Translations under genes and position numbers: made by a program
NCBI GenBank assembly: GCA_027621385.1
Contig: JAQCBQ010000002.1
Coordinates: 1 to 37,395 of the forward strand
From: Bacteroidota bacterium
Lineage (GTDB): Bacteria; Bacteroidota; Bacteroidia; CAIKAF01
DNA length: 37,395 nt
Direction of reading: 5' to 3'
The notes under the pieces: generated by a model
Databases searched by the model: none
What the model saw: the letters and a program-made list of their open reading frames with translations, nothing else
What the model was told of the DNA's origin: nothing
Shown here: one piece after another, positions 1 to 8,629 of the stretch
Position numbering within the stretch: the stretch's first letter is position 1
Layout of the letters: every line of letters starts with the position of its first letter

Positions 1-793
1 GCCCCCTTGAATCTCAACCCCCATCCCAAAAAACGCATAATCAAGAAACGCCGGATCCTCCGGATGCATCTCAGCCGCTTTTTCAGTCAGCTCTTTGACC
101 GCATTCCAATCATTTTGCTTCCTGGTTAATATGCCCAGCTCTCTTGCCACATTCCCGGAATGCACATCTAAGGGAAGATGTAACCGCCGCGATGGAATAG
201 AGCTCCAAATCCCAAAATCTACGCCTTCGCTACCATCCCTTACCATCCAGCGTAAAAACATGTTGATGCGCTTTGCGGCCGAGCCCTTGAGGGGGTCGGC
301 CAGATGTTTCCCGCTGCGACCGGGATGGTTGCCCCGCAAAAACGATGTTCTAAAACGATGGAGGCCTTGCCCATAATCCGCTTCAGACCTAAGGGCATTT
401 GAAAAGCAGGCTTCAAGTCCTTCTTGTTGATAAATTGACCGAAGCCGTAGAATCAACCACTTTGCATCGTGTCCATTGAATGTCCGATGAACAAAGCTGT
501 CAAGGCGGTTTAAATCTTTTTCTGAGGCCTCCATCACAAATTCATAAGGACTGTCCCACATCAGGTTCATCCATCGGCTGCTTGATTGGAGAATGCTGCG
601 CCGATTTCCCCAGCTGATTAGGGCCGTGCAAAATCCCGAAATTTCGATGTCTTCTTTTCGTGTAAAGCGATGAGGAATGGAAATGGGGTCTGCAGAGATG
701 AAATCCGGACCAGCATACCGACGCGCAATTTCAACCAAATCAATCTGTTCAATCAATGGATGAAGTGAATGTTTGGAGGCCAGTTTGCCCATG
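1..793 (-). CDS. TIGR02757/DUF2400 family protein (C-terminus runs off the window at position 1)
   Basis: Absent from the ORF track because it is open at the window edge. My manual reverse-strand translation from ATG 793-791 gives MGKLASKHSLHPLIEQ...SAAKRINMFLRWMVRDG...LHLPLDVHSGNVAREL...DYAFFGMG, with no stop down to position 1. The KRxNMFLRWMVR and PLDxH motifs match my memory of the DUF2400 family. Confidence 0.65.
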
Positions 794-851
794 TCATTGT
801 TTTTCAAAAAATGGATCCCAGAGTGTAGCTTTGAAAATCGCTTTTACAGAT

Positions 852-1574
852 TTATGAATTGGAAGGTAGGGCTTTAACCCAATTTAGGGCCATGGTCAAT
901 TGCTCTTCCATACTCAAAAAGGTATTATCCAAAACAACGGCGTCCTGGGCTTTTCTTAGTGGGTCTTCCGTCCGATTTTCGTCTTCAAAATCTCTAGCCA
1001 TTTGTTGTTCTAATACAAGTTCAATGGGCAATTCTTTGCCTTGCAGCTGCAGTTCAATTTGCCGCCGTTGTGCACGTACGGAAGGGTCGGCGGTCATGAA
1101 TATTTTCAATTCTGCCTGTGGCATAACAACGGTTCCAATGTCGCGACCATCCATTACCACGCCCTTTTCTTTAGCCATTTGTTTTTGCAGCACCTGAACA
1201 TAGTCGCGAACTTCACGAATTTGGCTCACCTTACTGGCTAGGGTAGCCACTTGTAAATTGCGAATGTTCCCTTCCACGACCTCTCCGGAAAGAGATACCA
1301 GCGAGGCTCCTGTTGCCGGGTCTATGCTAAATCCGACCTGCATGCTTGGAAGGGATTGGATTAGTGATGCCCGATTGGGCAATCCCTCTTCATCCAGCAG
1401 TCCATGTTGAATGGCAAAGTAGCCTACTGCCCTGTACATGGCTCCCGTATCTAAATACCTGTAATGAAGCGTTTTGGCCAATGATTTTGCCAGGGTGCTT
1501 TTTCCGCAGGAGGAAAATCCATCTATGGCGATGTTTATTCGTGGATAAGAATCAAATTCCTGTTCTGGGGACAT
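852..1574 (-). CDS. cmk: cytidylate kinase
   Basis: ORF 852..1616. It has the INIAIDGFSSCGKSTLAK P-loop, LDTGAMYRA and GRDIGTVV motifs. I prefer the ATG at 1574 (MSPEQEF...) over 1616. Either start overlaps the 3' end of the upstream porQ-like gene. Confidence 0.9.
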   Translation of the reverse strand: MSPEQEFDSYPRINIAIDGFSSCGKSTLAKSLAKTLHYRYLDTGAMYRAVGYFAIQHGLLDEEGLPNRASLIQSLPSMQVGFSIDPATGASLVSLSGEVVEGNIRNLQVATLASKVSQIREVRDYVQVLQKQMAKEKGVVMDGRDIGTVVMPQAELKIFMTADPSVRAQRRQIELQLQGKELPIELVLEQQMARDFEDENRTEDPLRKAQDAVVLDNTFLSMEEQLTMALNWVKALPSNS

Positions 1575-2649
1575 CAGTAGCTGCTTGTTTCTTTTTGGCA
1601 AAAAGTTTTCCTGCATTGATTTGCAGAGTTAAATGATTCGGGGAACCAACAGCGTGGTAGGTAGCGCGTGAATAGGAAAATGTAAAATGAGAAATACGAA
1701 TGCCAAAGCCCCAGCTTAGGCCGGCGGCGGCATCCGATTGTAGGGAGCTGAGTTCGCCTCCGCGAAGAAAATTGTAGCTGATTCTAAAAAACAGCCGTTG
1801 TTTGAACGGCATCAGTTCGGCCCCTAAAATAAAATGCCTTAAAATATTGTCGCCCAAGCTAATTCGATTGAAACTGGTGTCGTTCGTTAAGGGGTCAATG
1901 GAAATTGGATTTTCAATGTCTAAAAAACTTAAATCTGGACGCTGCAAATTGTTGGCTGTTATCATCAGCCTTAGGGGCAGGTGTTCAAGTTGATGCGAAA
2001 ATCCAAGTTGGATTTGGAAGGGAATGGGTTCGAAATTATTGGTGGTATAGGGATCAATCATGCTCCCCATATTTTTGAAAACCAAGCCCATGACAGTGCG
2101 TTTGTTTTTACTGCGGTAGGCTAGGCCAAGGTCAACAGCGGCACCAATGCTGGTGAAACCGGCGTAGGCACTGAAAATGGCTTTAAAATGTCCCCCCACA
2201 AATAAGGTACTATCAACGATGGGCTGGGAATATCCTAGGTATAGGGCTTGGTCGTTGGCTCTTACTTCCCCAATTATTTGACCATTTTCCAACGTTTCGG
2301 TGAAGCTTCCGTAATCAAAATATTGAATGCCTCCAAACACGGTGCCTTTGGATTTAAAGCGGTGGGCAAGGGCGAAAGATCCGTACCCAATGTTGGCAAA
2401 GTAGGCATTGATATCTATGGCAGCTTGAAGGTGCATCTGCCGGTTTAGAAGAGCTGGATTTTGGAAGGCCATACCCGGGTCGTTGTCCATGATGGCGACC
2501 TGTGTGCCACCCAATGCTTCTATGCGTGCGGAGGGCGGAAGCTGCAGGAAGGCATAGGAAAAACTACCTCCAATTTGTGCAGAGGTGAAATTGGTCAGAC
2601 TTGCCAAGGCAATCCAAACCCACAACAGATATGCAGAAACGGCCTTCAT
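1552..2649 (-). CDS. porQ: type IX secretion system outer-membrane beta-barrel protein, PorQ-like (PorV/PorQ family)
   Basis: ORF 1552..2700. The signal peptide MKAVSAYLLWVWIALASLTNFTSAQ fits a start at 2649. The N-terminal motif FSYAFLQLPPSARIEALGG is typical of PorV/PorQ-type proteins, and the rest is beta-strand rich. From memory, the porQ-cmk adjacency is also found in Porphyromonas. Confidence 0.7.
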   Translation of the reverse strand: MKAVSAYLLWVWIALASLTNFTSAQIGGSFSYAFLQLPPSARIEALGGTQVAIMDNDPGMAFQNPALLNRQMHLQAAIDINAYFANIGYGSFALAHRFKSKGTVFGGIQYFDYGSFTETLENGQIIGEVRANDQALYLGYSQPIVDSTLFVGGHFKAIFSAYAGFTSIGAAVDLGLAYRSKNKRTVMGLVFKNMGSMIDPYTTNNFEPIPFQIQLGFSHQLEHLPLRLMITANNLQRPDLSFLDIENPISIDPLTNDTSFNRISLGDNILRHFILGAELMPFKQRLFFRISYNFLRGGELSSLQSDAAAGLSWGFGIRISHFTFSYSRATYHAVGSPNHLTLQINAGKLFAKKKQAATDVPRTGI

Positions 2650-2729
2650 TCTTGGCCTAAAGGTACAAGACTGCTGTAAATTTTTTACTTGGATTTTCAT
2701 TCTTTTCCAAGCCAGGGGTTTGTAGTTCT

Positions 2730-2905
2730 AAAAAATGGGGATTGGATGTGAGCCGCTGCGCCCCCGATTGAACCGGCAGCCGGAGCCGGACAACCGGCAG
2801 TGCAACCTGGCTGAGGAGGCGACCTTGGGAGCCACCGCAAGCCAAGGTTGCACCCGGTTGTACAATCCGGCTACAGGTGAAAGCGGGAAATGGCGCCCAA
2901 CTTAA
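2730..2905 (-). repeat. GC-rich structured intergenic element, copy 1 (minus orientation)
   Basis: The reverse complement carries blocks GGGCGCCATTTCCCGCTTTCACCTGTAG (2871-2898), TGCGGTGGCTCCCAAGGTCGCCTCCTC (2813-2839) and CTGCCGGTTCAATCGGGGGCGC (2758-2779). Self-complementary arms separate the blocks, and the element ends in a T-run (2730-2736 on the minus strand). Confidence 0.8.
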
Positions 2906-2958
2906 ATTCCCAACGACCTTGAAATTTCTTGCGTAACTTAGAGCAGAATTTCTGAGGA

Positions 2959-4317
2959 ATGAGCGCACTTAACGCATTGAAATCCATAAGTCCGATTGAC
3001 GGAAGGTATGCTGGAATTACAGCTACTGCGGTTGACTATTTTTCTGAATATGCGCTAATTAAGTATAGAATTCGGGTAGAAACGGAATATTTTTTGGCCT
3101 TGGCAGAGGCGGGCTTGCCGGGCTTTCCGGCATTGATGAAAGAGCAGCGAGTTAAACTTCGGGAGCGGCTGCTGCGTGTTCAAGATGAAGATATTCTTGC
3201 AGTGAAGGAAATTGAGGGGAGAACCAATCACGATGTAAAGGCTGTTGAATACTTCATTCAACAGGTTTTTGAAGAACTGGGATTACCGGAGCAAAGCAAG
3301 GCCTTTATTCATTTTGGATTGACATCTCAAGACATCAATAATACAGCTATTCCGCTGAGCATCAAGGAATGGCAAGAAGAAGTTGGGGAGCCGCTGCTGC
3401 AAGAGTTGATTCAGCACCTGCGGGTGCAGGCCGAGGCCTTTAAAGATGTCCCTATGCTGGCTCGAACGCATGGGCAAGCGGCTTCACCGACGCGCATGGG
3501 AAAGGAGTGGATGGTCTTTGTTGAGCGCCTTGAAAATCAGGCCCGCATGCTACAATCTATTGATTTTCAATGTAAATTCGGAGGGGCAACCGGGAATTTT
3601 AATGCCCATTATGCTGCTTACCCTCAACTTCATTGGCCTTCTTTTGCCGATAAGTTTTGCCGCGAACGCCTGGGATTGGCTCGGCAGCGGTTCACTACTC
3701 AAATTGAGCACTACGATATGCTCGGGGCTTTTTTTGACACCTGGAAGCGGATTGCAGTTATTTTAGTGGATTTTTGCCGCGATGTGTGGCAGTATATTTC
3801 TATGGATTATTTCCGGCAGCGCATCCGTAAAAATGAGGTGGGCTCTTCGGCTATGCCGCATAAGGTAAACCCCATTGATTTCGAAAATGCAGAGGGAAAT
3901 TTGCTGTGGAGCATTCCCATGCTGGAATTTTTCCCGGCTAAATTGCCCGTGAGTCGCCTGCAGCGCGATTTAACCGATAGCACAGTATTGAGAAACATCG
4001 GAGTCCCTTTTTCTCATCTGATGATTGCCCTATCCTCGATTAAAAAGGGATTGGGGAAAATTAAGCTCAATCCGCAGGCCATTTTAGACGATTTAGATCG
4101 GCATCCGGAAGTAATTGCCGAAGCCATTCAAACCATACTGCGCCGCGAGGGTTTGGCAGATGCGTACGACAAACTAAAGGAATTTTCTCGGACGGGAGAA
4201 TCAATCAATCTGCTTCATTTGCAGGCCTTTGTGCGCAGTTTGGGCTTGAGTGGGCCGCTGGAACAAGAGTTGCTCAATCTGCATCCCAGGCAGTATTTGG
4301 GCGACTTTTTGCATTGA
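2959..4317 (+). CDS. purB: adenylosuccinate lyase
   Basis: 452 aa ORF. It opens with SPIDGRYA and has the fumarate-lyase signature GSSAMPHKVNP. Length is typical for PurB. Confidence 0.95.
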   Translation: MSALNALKSISPIDGRYAGITATAVDYFSEYALIKYRIRVETEYFLALAEAGLPGFPALMKEQRVKLRERLLRVQDEDILAVKEIEGRTNHDVKAVEYFIQQVFEELGLPEQSKAFIHFGLTSQDINNTAIPLSIKEWQEEVGEPLLQELIQHLRVQAEAFKDVPMLARTHGQAASPTRMGKEWMVFVERLENQARMLQSIDFQCKFGGATGNFNAHYAAYPQLHWPSFADKFCRERLGLARQRFTTQIEHYDMLGAFFDTWKRIAVILVDFCRDVWQYISMDYFRQRIRKNEVGSSAMPHKVNPIDFENAEGNLLWSIPMLEFFPAKLPVSRLQRDLTDSTVLRNIGVPFSHLMIALSSIKKGLGKIKLNPQAILDDLDRHPEVIAEAIQTILRREGLADAYDKLKEFSRTGESINLLHLQAFVRSLGLSGPLEQELLNLHPRQYLGDFLH

Positions 4318-4320
4318 TTT

Positions 4321-4508
4321 TTTTAAGGTTTTTGGGGCGCCATTTCCCGCTTTCACCTGTAGTGTAGGCTCAGCCAAGCTGCAAACAGGGCCCTGCGGTG
4401 GCTCCCAAGGTCGCCTCCTCGGTTTCTGTTTGCCGGCTTGCCTGGGCCCACACTGCCGGCTCAATCGGGGGCGCGAGGCCCAATGCTCCAGCGGATGTTT
4501 ATTTTTTC
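4321..4508 (+). repeat. GC-rich structured intergenic element, copy 2 (plus orientation)
   Basis: Blocks at 4335-4362, 4394-4420 and 4453-4474 are identical or nearly identical to copy 1. Arms 4363-4390 and 4423-4452 pair with each other but are unrelated in sequence to the copy 1 arms. A T-run lies at 4502-4507. Confidence 0.8.
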
Positions 4509-4511
4509 TGA

Positions 4512-4546
4512 AGCAAAAAAAAAGACCAAGCCTAAGCCTGGTCTTT
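4512..4546 (-). terminator. rho-independent terminator of mdh
   Basis: Perfect 8-bp stem AAAGACCA (4521-4528) / TGGTCTTT (4539-4546). On the minus strand it is followed by a run of about 9 T (complement of the A-run ending at 4523). It sits 20 nt downstream of the mdh stop. Confidence 0.7.
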
Positions 4547-4566
4547 GAATGAACTCGTTAAAGAAA

Positions 4567-5499
4567 TTAAGCGTTCATGTTGTCAAGCACATTCATCACC
4601 TCTTTCACTGCAGCGGCAGAATCCTTGACCAATACTTTTTCTTCTTCGGTCAAATCCAATTCGATGATGCGTTCAATTCCTTTTGCGCCCAAGACTACGG
4701 GAACGCCCAAATAGATGTCGTTCAAACCATATTCTCCGGTGAGCCATGCGCACACTGGGAAGATGCGTTTTTGATCGCGCACAATGGCCTCTACCATTTG
4801 GGCGGCTGCAGCTCCGGGAGCATACCAGGCGCTGGTCCCCATTAAATTTACCAATTCGCCACCGCCTTTCTTTGTGCGTTCAACAATGGCATCTAAGGCA
4901 GCGCCATCAATCATTTCAGTTACGGGAATGCCACTAACTGTTGTATATCTGGGAAGTGGAACCATGGTGTCACCATGACCGCCCAACAACATGGCTTGAA
5001 TATCTTTGGGAGAAACGTCTAGGGCTTCTGCCAAAAAAGCGCGGTAGCGAGCTGTATCTAAAATGCCGGCCATGCCCATAACCCGATGAGAAGGAATTTT
5101 GGCGGTTAAATAGGCGCAATAGGTCATTACGTCCAAGGGGTTTGAAACCACAATAACGATGGCATTTGGAGAATACTTCATAATATTCTCGGTTACAGAT
5201 TTAACAATGCCAGCGTTGGTGGCAATCAAGTCATCGCGGCTCATCCCCGGTTTTCTTGGCAATCCAGAGGTGATTACAACCACATCAGATCCGGCTGTAG
5301 GTTCGTAATTGTTGGTGTACCCTTTAACGCGGGTATTGTAATAATTCACCGGTGCAGTTTGCCACATGTCCAGTGATTTACCCTCTGCCAGCCCTTCTTT
5401 AATGTCAATTAAAATGACTTCATTGGCAAGTTCTTTGTGGGCAATTACATCGGCGCATGTTGCTCCAACATTGCCGGCTCCTACGACGGTGATTTTCAT
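4567..5499 (-). CDS. mdh: malate dehydrogenase (LDH-like MDH family)
   Basis: ORF 4567..5574. The canonical N-terminus MKITVVGAGNVGATCA begins at ATG 5499. Also present are GLPRKPGMSRDDL and the catalytic GGHGDTMVP motif. Confidence 0.95.
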   Translation of the reverse strand: MKITVVGAGNVGATCADVIAHKELANEVILIDIKEGLAEGKSLDMWQTAPVNYYNTRVKGYTNNYEPTAGSDVVVITSGLPRKPGMSRDDLIATNAGIVKSVTENIMKYSPNAIVIVVSNPLDVMTYCAYLTAKIPSHRVMGMAGILDTARYRAFLAEALDVSPKDIQAMLLGGHGDTMVPLPRYTTVSGIPVTEMIDGAALDAIVERTKKGGGELVNLMGTSAWYAPGAAAAQMVEAIVRDQKRIFPVCAWLTGEYGLNDIYLGVPVVLGAKGIERIIELDLTEEEKVLVKDSAAAVKEVMNVLDNMNA

Positions 5500-5530
5500 A
5501 TGCGTTGAATGATTAATTTTGATGTGTCCG

Positions 5531-5538
5531 CAAATATA
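5531..5538 (-). promoter_or_regulatory. candidate Bacteroidota sigma-A -7 box (TATATTTG) for mdh
   Basis: The minus strand reads TATATTTG, an exact match to the TAnnTTTG consensus, about 30 nt upstream of the mdh ATG. I found no clear -33 TTTG at the expected spacing. Confidence 0.35.
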
Positions 5539-5604
5539 AAAAACCCAAAGGCTTTGGCCCTGAAAAACCCACAACTTTTGTATTTTTTTCGTACAATTGA
5601 AGGT

Positions 5605-7488
5605 ATGAAGGTGAATTCACAAAGAACATTTTTGCTGATTTGCCTAATTGTGCTGGGTTTTAGTGTGCAATTCGCAGGGGCTCAGACTCCAACTACCTCT
5701 GATTGTCTGGGGGCAACACCGGTATGCAATAGCACCTATGATGTTCCGGTCTTGAACCCACAGCCGAATAATTTTCCAAACGAAATCAATGCCTCTTTGA
5801 GTTGCCTGAACGGAGAAACCAATGGGCAATGGTATGTTTTTACCGTTCAGTCCGGCGGACTGTTAGGATTCAATATCATTCCTTATACCTCCACCAGCGA
5901 TTACGATTGGGCCTTGTTTGACCTCAGTAATTTTGATTGTTCAGATATCGCCAGCAATGCGGCCTTGGAAGTGATATGCAATTTTAGCGCCCAAACCACC
6001 AACAATGGAATTACGGGTGCAAATGGTCAGTTGGGCGACCAAAACGAGGCTATGCTTCCTGTGGTGCAGGGACAAACGTTTGCTTTGTACATTTCCAATT
6101 ATTCCTTCGGCCAAAATCAAAGCGGATATCAATTGGATTTCTCCATTAGTACTGCGGCAGTTCCAGACAATACGGCTCCATTTGTAGAAAATGTGACCCC
6201 TTCTGCGGCGTGTAAAGCTCAGAGGTTGGAGATTGAATTTTCCGAGAACATCGATTGTGCCTCGGTTCAAGCTTCAGATTTTCAGGTGACAGGCCCGAAC
6301 GGGGTAGTAGCGGTAGCCTCTGTTTTCTCGGCCGATTGTGCCGCTGGAGCAAATTATAGCCGCACATTTGAACTGATCTTGGCAGCACCCCTAACAGGCA
6401 GCGGTCAGTTTTCTGTTCAGGTGGTTGGTTCTATTTCTGATGTATGTGGAAATGCCCTATCTGGCGCTCCGCCGTTCGACTTTAATTATGTAAGCATTGT
6501 GCTGAACATGGCGTCCACCGATTCTCAGTGCCCGGTAGACGACGGAACGGCTTCGGTTGCTGTTGCTGGTGGAGTTGCTCCTTACAGCTATGCCTGGAAT
6601 GACCCGGCTGCTCAAAGTACCTCAACCGCTACGGGCTTACCCCGGGGATTTTATACCGTCACTGTTACCGATGCTCAGGGTTGTTCAGCAACCGATAGCG
6701 TTTATGTAGGAGACCCTACGGCTTTTGTACTGCAAATTTCAGCAGTAAACGATACCTGCTATCAAGGATTTGGTCGGTTTCAAATTATTCCGGTAGGTCC
6801 CACGGCCCCTTTCAACTACATTTGGAACGATACGGTGCCGGGTACCGATGTGCTCGGTAATTTAATTGGCGGGCAATGGGTAAAGGTTCAAGTAATCGAT
6901 GCCAATGGCTGTAAACGAGATACCTTGTTGCAGGTTGGCGTAGAACTAAACGACAGTTTAACTGCATTTTTTACCGTTGATAACGATGTGGTTGACTTTC
7001 TGACTCCGCAGGTTTCATTCAACAATGCCTCACTCTATGAAAGCTCCATTTTTTGGGATATGGATGACGGCAGCAGCTATGTACTTCCCAGCTTTACCCA
7101 CAGTTTTGATAGCATCGGTAAATTTGAAGTTACCCTGTATGCTTACGACCGCAATGGATGCGTTGACACCTTCACTCAAGTAATTGAAGTGGATTATCAT
7201 TTTTCATTGTTTGTCCCTTCTGCCTTTACTCCGAATGCCGATGGGAAAAATGAACGCTTTTTGGTTACTGGGGTGGGATTGAATCCAACCACCTTTCACA
7301 TGTGGATTTTCGATAGGTGGGGACAGGCCATTTACCAAACCGACAATATGGCGTTTGGCTGGGATGGCAGTTGGCATGGCTCGGGGCCGGGAGAAGCTCC
7401 TGCGGGCGTTTATGCATACAAGATTGAGGTGGATGAAATGGACGGGACGCCAAGGGATTTTTTGGGTAAGGTGGTTTTAATTCGCTAA
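5605..7488 (+). CDS. T9SS type B (gliding-motility-associated C-terminal) sorting-domain surface protein with SprB-like repeats and a PKD-like domain
   Basis: ORF 5509..7488. Signal peptide MKVNSQRTFLLICLIVLGFSVQFAGAQ fits a start at 5605. It has a SprB-type repeat (DDGTASVAVAGGVAPYSYAWND...TVTVTDAQGC) and a PKD-like segment. The C-terminus FVPSAFTPNADGKNERF...WIFDRWGQAIY...GVYAYKI matches the type B CTD pattern. Confidence 0.8.
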   Translation: MKVNSQRTFLLICLIVLGFSVQFAGAQTPTTSDCLGATPVCNSTYDVPVLNPQPNNFPNEINASLSCLNGETNGQWYVFTVQSGGLLGFNIIPYTSTSDYDWALFDLSNFDCSDIASNAALEVICNFSAQTTNNGITGANGQLGDQNEAMLPVVQGQTFALYISNYSFGQNQSGYQLDFSISTAAVPDNTAPFVENVTPSAACKAQRLEIEFSENIDCASVQASDFQVTGPNGVVAVASVFSADCAAGANYSRTFELILAAPLTGSGQFSVQVVGSISDVCGNALSGAPPFDFNYVSIVLNMASTDSQCPVDDGTASVAVAGGVAPYSYAWNDPAAQSTSTATGLPRGFYTVTVTDAQGCSATDSVYVGDPTAFVLQISAVNDTCYQGFGRFQIIPVGPTAPFNYIWNDTVPGTDVLGNLIGGQWVKVQVIDANGCKRDTLLQVGVELNDSLTAFFTVDNDVVDFLTPQVSFNNASLYESSIFWDMDDGSSYVLPSFTHSFDSIGKFEVTLYAYDRNGCVDTFTQVIEVDYHFSLFVPSAFTPNADGKNERFLVTGVGLNPTTFHMWIFDRWGQAIYQTDNMAFGWDGSWHGSGPGEAPAGVYAYKIEVDEMDGTPRDFLGKVVLIR

Positions 7489-7543
7489 GGCTTTTTCCTT
7501 GCAACTTGGAGTTAAATTCATTCGGAATTAGCACCTTTGCAGT

Positions 7544-8557
7544 ATGCGAATAGTTTTAACGGGTGCAGCCGGTTTTATTGGTTCCCATACCTTGGTGGTT
7601 CTTCAAGAGCTAGGGCATGAGGTCATTGCCATTGATGATTTTTCAAATTCAGAATCCCATATTCCAGGTCGGATTTTTCAGATTACCGGGAAAGAAGCAG
7701 AATGGATGGAATTGGATATTGCTCAGCCCGGATTGCTGAAAAATGCCCTTCGAAATCGCCTTCCCATCGATGGGATTATCCATTTCGCCGCCTTTAAAGC
7801 GGTTGAAGAATCGGTCCACAACCCACTAAAGTATTACCGCAACAACTTATACGGGTTGGTTGAAGTTTTAGACTGCATGCGCGAGCTGAATATACCCAAA
7901 TTGGTTTTTTCCTCTTCCTGTACCGTTTATGGGAATCCGGATGAATTGCCGGTAACCGAACAAGCTCCGTTTCGGCCTGCCGTTTCTCCATACGGAGAAA
8001 CCAAGCAAATGGGAGAACGTATTTTGATGGATACTCTAAAAGCGCATCTGGAACTTCAGGCCTGCATTCTAAGGTACTTCAATCCAATAGGGGCTCACCC
8101 TTCGGGGCTCATCGGCGAACTTTGCAGGGGAGTCCCCAGCAATTTAATACCTTATCTGACCCAAACGGCCATTGGGAAACGAGAGCGCCTTCGAATTTTT
8201 GGAAATGATTATTCAACGCCGGACGGAACCTGCATCCGCGATTTTATTCATGTCTGTGATTTGGCGGATGCCCATGTTCGGGCTTTGAATTACCTGGATT
8301 CTCCCAAAGAAAATCCCGGCATATTTAATGTAGGTACAGGAAAGGGCGTTAGTGTTCAAGAAGCCGTAGATACCTTCAATTCAATTTGGGGTAAATCTTT
8401 ACCCGTGGAATACGTTTCAAGGAGAGCCGGTGACGTCGAGCAAATTTGGTCGGACACTCAAAAAATAGAACGCGATTTGGGTTGGTCGGCGAAGCGAAGC
8501 TTAGCCGATGCCCTAACCGATGCATGGCGTTGGGAACAAACCTTGGCGGGCCATTAA
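7544..8557 (+). CDS. galE: UDP-glucose 4-epimerase
   Basis: 337 aa. It has the GAAGFIGSH Rossmann motif, the YGETK catalytic YxxxK motif, and RYFNPIGAHPSG, which is typical of GalE. Confidence 0.9.
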   Translation: MRIVLTGAAGFIGSHTLVVLQELGHEVIAIDDFSNSESHIPGRIFQITGKEAEWMELDIAQPGLLKNALRNRLPIDGIIHFAAFKAVEESVHNPLKYYRNNLYGLVEVLDCMRELNIPKLVFSSSCTVYGNPDELPVTEQAPFRPAVSPYGETKQMGERILMDTLKAHLELQACILRYFNPIGAHPSGLIGELCRGVPSNLIPYLTQTAIGKRERLRIFGNDYSTPDGTCIRDFIHVCDLADAHVRALNYLDSPKENPGIFNVGTGKGVSVQEAVDTFNSIWGKSLPVEYVSRRAGDVEQIWSDTQKIERDLGWSAKRSLADALTDAWRWEQTLAGH

Positions 8558-8629
8558 GGGGAATCGAAATGCAGGTCTTTCTTAGGATGAAATGTTGCCT
8601 AAGCCCTAAGCCCTTCCTATCTTTACCCA

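Noticed and set aside
2657-2968. ORFs in the track that run across the GC-rich elements: 2657..2968(-), 4250..4552(+), 4201..4464(-), 17706..18110(-), 17724..17981(+) and 27190..27435(+). They share peptide strings such as APFPAFTCS and GGSQGRL.
   Set aside because: The shared peptides merely translate the conserved nucleotide blocks. Between and after the blocks the reading frames differ between copies: block C reads PVQSGAQR in copy 1 and RLNRGREA in copy 2. The ORFs have no consistent start, and some overlap real genes (the purB start, the 18024 gene). The self-complementary arms explain the sequence better than coding does.
4394-4420. The apical motif GGCTCCCAAGGTCGCC reminded me of the CCCAAGC loop region of twister ribozymes.
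   Set aside because: Only a short CCCAAG string is shared. I cannot reconstruct the twister double pseudoknot or its other conserved nucleotides from these copies. The resemblance comes from memory and is not sufficient for a call.
2730-4508. Inverted element copies around purB as a composite transposon or mobile cassette.
   Set aside because: There is no transposase or integrase and no target-site duplication that I can see. purB is a core gene in normal context, and the copies have entirely different arm sequences.
5500-5604. N-terminal extensions of track ORFs: mdh to 5574, the surface protein from 5509, and also 20394, 21475, 25699, 26264, 31047, 2700, 1616, 11445 and 36377.
   Set aside because: In each case an internal ATG gives the canonical N-terminus or a clean signal peptide, and it removes the overlap with the neighbouring gene. 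The extensions are artefacts of taking the longest ORF.
8558-8629. Hairpin CTTAGG-N11-CCTAAG between galE and polA as a terminator.
   Set aside because: The stem is short, the loop is large, and no T-run follows. The evidence is not convincing.
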